DNA of 64,000 nucleotides from Pyrodictiaceae archaeon (GTDB lineage Archaea; Thermoproteota; Thermoprotei_A; Sulfolobales; Pyrodictiaceae): NCBI GenBank assembly GCA_027036135.1, contig JALVSY010000030.1, positions 224,001 to 288,000 of the forward strand, read 5' to 3'. Shown piece by piece: positions 61,846 to 64,000 of this stretch (position 1 is its first letter; each line of letters starts with the position of its first letter). The notes under the pieces were generated by a model. It saw only the letters and a program-made list of their open reading frames with translations, ran no database searches and was not told where the DNA came from. The position numbers and the translations under genes were made by a program.

Positions 61846-62385
61846 CTATGGCCTAGTTGATGCGTTATAACGTTTTATTTCGTTTAGTAATTCTCTATAG
61901 GCTTTTTCAATACCTGGATGAGATATGACAAATAGTTTATTATCATATGTTATTAAAAGAGCTTTTTCTTGCGGCTTATATATTATAGCTATACCGTGTT
62001 TGCCATTAGCGAATTTATACCTACCTAGAGCTAATAGACCAGGAATGGATACTCCGGCTTCCCGGAAAACAGGCTTTACTTTACTATATGGTACTAATGA
62101 AATATTAACTTCATTTATGGGTATTTTATATGTTCTTATATACTTTATTATAATATAGTTATTTTCAATTCCATAACTAACCCCAGAAGTAGTAAGTATC
62201 AATACGATGAATGGTATAAGAGCCAATATGATGATAAATATTATCATATTACGTAATGTTAAGTTGAGTAAAAAACCGGCTAGGATTCCTCCTATTATTG
62301 TAAATATAATTGTACCTATAAATATGGGATTAAAGATAATTAATTTTAGTATTTTTATATGTGATAAACTATAAATAATCATCAT
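61846..62385 (-). CDS. 2-TM membrane PH-like protein (putative immunity)
   Basis: Two TM helices plus beta domain; lies between precursor and rSAM; paralogue of 3353-4039. Confidence 0.7.
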   Translation of the reverse strand: MMIIYSLSHIKILKLIIFNPIFIGTIIFTIIGGILAGFLLNLTLRNMIIFIIILALIPFIVLILTTSGVSYGIENNYIIIKYIRTYKIPINEVNISLVPYSKVKPVFREAGVSIPGLLALGRYKFANGKHGIAIIYKPQEKALLITYDNKLFVISHPGIEKAYRELLNEIKRYNASTRP

Positions 62386-62421
62386 CTAAGTCACCTTATA
62401 GACTTTAGCACAGCAGCACTT

Positions 62422-62757
62422 CTATACGACAAATTGCGAAAGCGAAACCACAGCTGCGACTATAATTGCTAATACTAATTTATAGGCAATTGCTATGTCT
62501 GTTGCAACACCTAGATTAGTGAAGACGCCAATATTAAGGTAACTTTTTACAGCAATTGCTGTATCTGTATAGAAGAATACATTATCGCTTCCAGGATCAA
62601 TTTCGATAGGAGTATGTACGTAATCATCTTTTCTGGTTTTCTCTATTTTCTCAATACTTTTCATTATATTATTTGATATTGTTGCGTACGGGTCAACATC
62701 GTATTCTATGTTAAGGCAGTTAAGATAATTACACTCATGAGTCTTCATATTGCTCAC
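62422..62757 (-). CDS. putative RiPP precursor peptide
   Basis: Hydrophilic leader ending ~IEIDPG; hydrophobic V/I/A/T-rich core with polar residues every 6th position. Confidence 0.65.
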   Translation of the reverse strand: MSNMKTHECNYLNCLNIEYDVDPYATISNNIMKSIEKIEKTRKDDYVHTPIEIDPGSDNVFFYTDTAIAVKSYLNIGVFTNLGVATDIAIAYKLVLAIIVAAVVSLSQFVV

Positions 62758-63222
62758 TCACCTTGTCTGCGTGATTTTGTTTAAGTCGTTTCTTAGTATT
62801 TTCATGTATCTTTCTAATTTTTTCATATTATACTTTTGAGCATTTATTATTATTAAATCTATTATTTCTTTATTATCTATTATATTATCACTTTTTAAAT
62901 ATAAGGATATATCTTCTACAAGGTACTCTAAATCATCGGCATAGGCCACTACAACGCTTTTCTCGTTCTCACTTATAACGGCCAAGAATGGCTCTACTAA
63001 GCCATTTATTATACCTTTAAATGTATACGTCTGCGTTCTTACACTCTTTAAAGTTTTGCCATGTTTACTTATGTAAGTTTGTGTCACAACATACATTAAT
63101 TTATGTGTTTCAAAGCTGTATTCTTTAATGGTCTTTATGTTTGTCGTGATCTGCAGCTCACTTAAATTTTGGGGATTCATACTTCTTGCAATGCTAAATA
63201 CAGGCGATAGTAAATGCATCAA
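62758..63222 (-). CDS. hypothetical protein, first gene of the RiPP operon
   Basis: Stop codon abuts the precursor ATG; GGAGGT SD upstream of the precursor-operon genes is not resolved; same low-GC tract. Confidence 0.55.
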   Translation of the reverse strand: MMHLLSPVFSIARSMNPQNLSELQITTNIKTIKEYSFETHKLMYVVTQTYISKHGKTLKSVRTQTYTFKGIINGLVEPFLAVISENEKSVVVAYADDLEYLVEDISLYLKSDNIIDNKEIIDLIIINAQKYNMKKLERYMKILRNDLNKITQTR

Positions 63223-63587
63223 GGAGGTCAGTAGAAGGCCGCTTATAAACTTTCGTCTTGATATATATATATATATCTGTCAACATTATCACTCTCCGTT
63301 CGTCTCCAAGTGGTTTGAGCATTTATTTAAAAGCGTTACTTATATATGTTTGTTAACTAGATTTCTTCTAGTAGAGCAAGTTATCTTTAAAAGAGGGCTA
63401 CTGTGTAACGTAGACCTTTAAAGTGATTCACTTAGTAGGAATATAATATAGTATCTAATTTCAGAATTGCTTAAAATGCTAGCTGGCGCTACGGAACCAT
63501 AGGTAAATGGTATAATATGGCTAAGAATAGCAGGAATCGCTAAATAGCTTTGTAATAGGTTCGTGAGGCATTAAGGATGGTGTATAG

Positions 63588-64000
63588 ATGGTGTTGCTCG
63601 AGATATATAAGTTGACGAAGATATATGATGACCGTGTTGTTGCTCTCCGGGATTTTAGCCTTGCTTATGATAGGGGGTCTTCTATAATTGTTCTTGTTGG
63701 TCCTAATGGTGCTGGGAAGACTACTCTTCTTAGGATTCTTGCAGGTCAGCTTAGGCCTACTAGTGGTACTGCTAGGGTGTTTGGCTACGACCTTGTTAGG
63801 GATGTGGATAAGGTTGTTGGTGTTGTAGCGTTTCTTCCGCAGGGTATTCGTGCGCCTTTCTATAACCTTACGCCCTGGGACTATATTGTCTCGTATCTCT
63901 TGATCCGGGGGTATAGTCTAGGGGATGCGAGGCGTAGGGCTAGGGAGATGCTTGAGCTTTTCTCGCTAGAAGAGTACGCATCTGTCCCTGTCTCGAAGCT
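63588..64000 (+). CDS. ABC exporter ATP-binding subunit (3'-truncated by window)
   Basis: MVLLEIYKLTKIYD..VALRDFS...LVGPNGAGKTTLLRILAGQLRPTSG...FLPQ. Confidence 0.93.
   Translation, partial: MVLLEIYKLTKIYDDRVVALRDFSLAYDRGSSIIVLVGPNGAGKTTLLRILAGQLRPTSGTARVFGYDLVRDVDKVVGVVAFLPQGIRAPFYNLTPWDYIVSYLLIRGYSLGDARRRAREMLELFSLEEYASVPVSK

Noticed and set aside
63261-63276. (AT)8 microsatellite
   Set aside because: Short run in an AT-rich divergent promoter region; no evidence of function
1-64000. CRISPR array associated with cas4
   Set aside because: No regularly spaced repeats or other cas genes are visible; cas4 is a solo gene of the integrated element

Overview
Chromosomal window of a hyperthermophilic crenarchaeon (Desulfurococcales; Pyrodictiaceae-like by inference from gene order and content). 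It has four parts. (1) 1-4 kb: metabolic/transport genes plus an orphan membrane PH-like gene. (2) An ~8.2 kb element integrated at tRNA-Asp(GTC), bounded by a perfect 46-bp direct repeat (4365-4410 / 12591-12636), encoding a tyrosine integrase, a PriS-PriL fusion primase, an AAA+ helicase-like protein and a solo Cas4. (3) 12.8-43 kb: conserved informational superoperon (eIF5A, SRP54, Pus10, RpoF, KsgA, Csl4, RpoL, TFS, PCNA, PriS, aIF2alpha, Nop10 etc.), archaeal mevalonate-pathway genes, tRNA-Leu, FAU-1 and Ior. (4) 43-64 kb: accessory island with a TasA/bundling-pilin-like gene, TA modules, tRNA att scars, an intron-containing tRNA-Pro, three paralogous 'MPSWxxH' metallohydrolases, a LAGLIDADG-like gene, a HerA-like ATPase and an AT-rich radical-SAM RiPP cluster. 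Best candidates for novelty: (a) the RiPP cluster, whose precursor has polytheonamide-like 6-residue Asn/Asp periodicity; (b) a two-copy, covarying three-way-junction RNA, one copy of which has arms exactly complementary to the start of the adjacent LAGLIDADG-like gene. All assignments come from motif reading by eye; no database searches were run.
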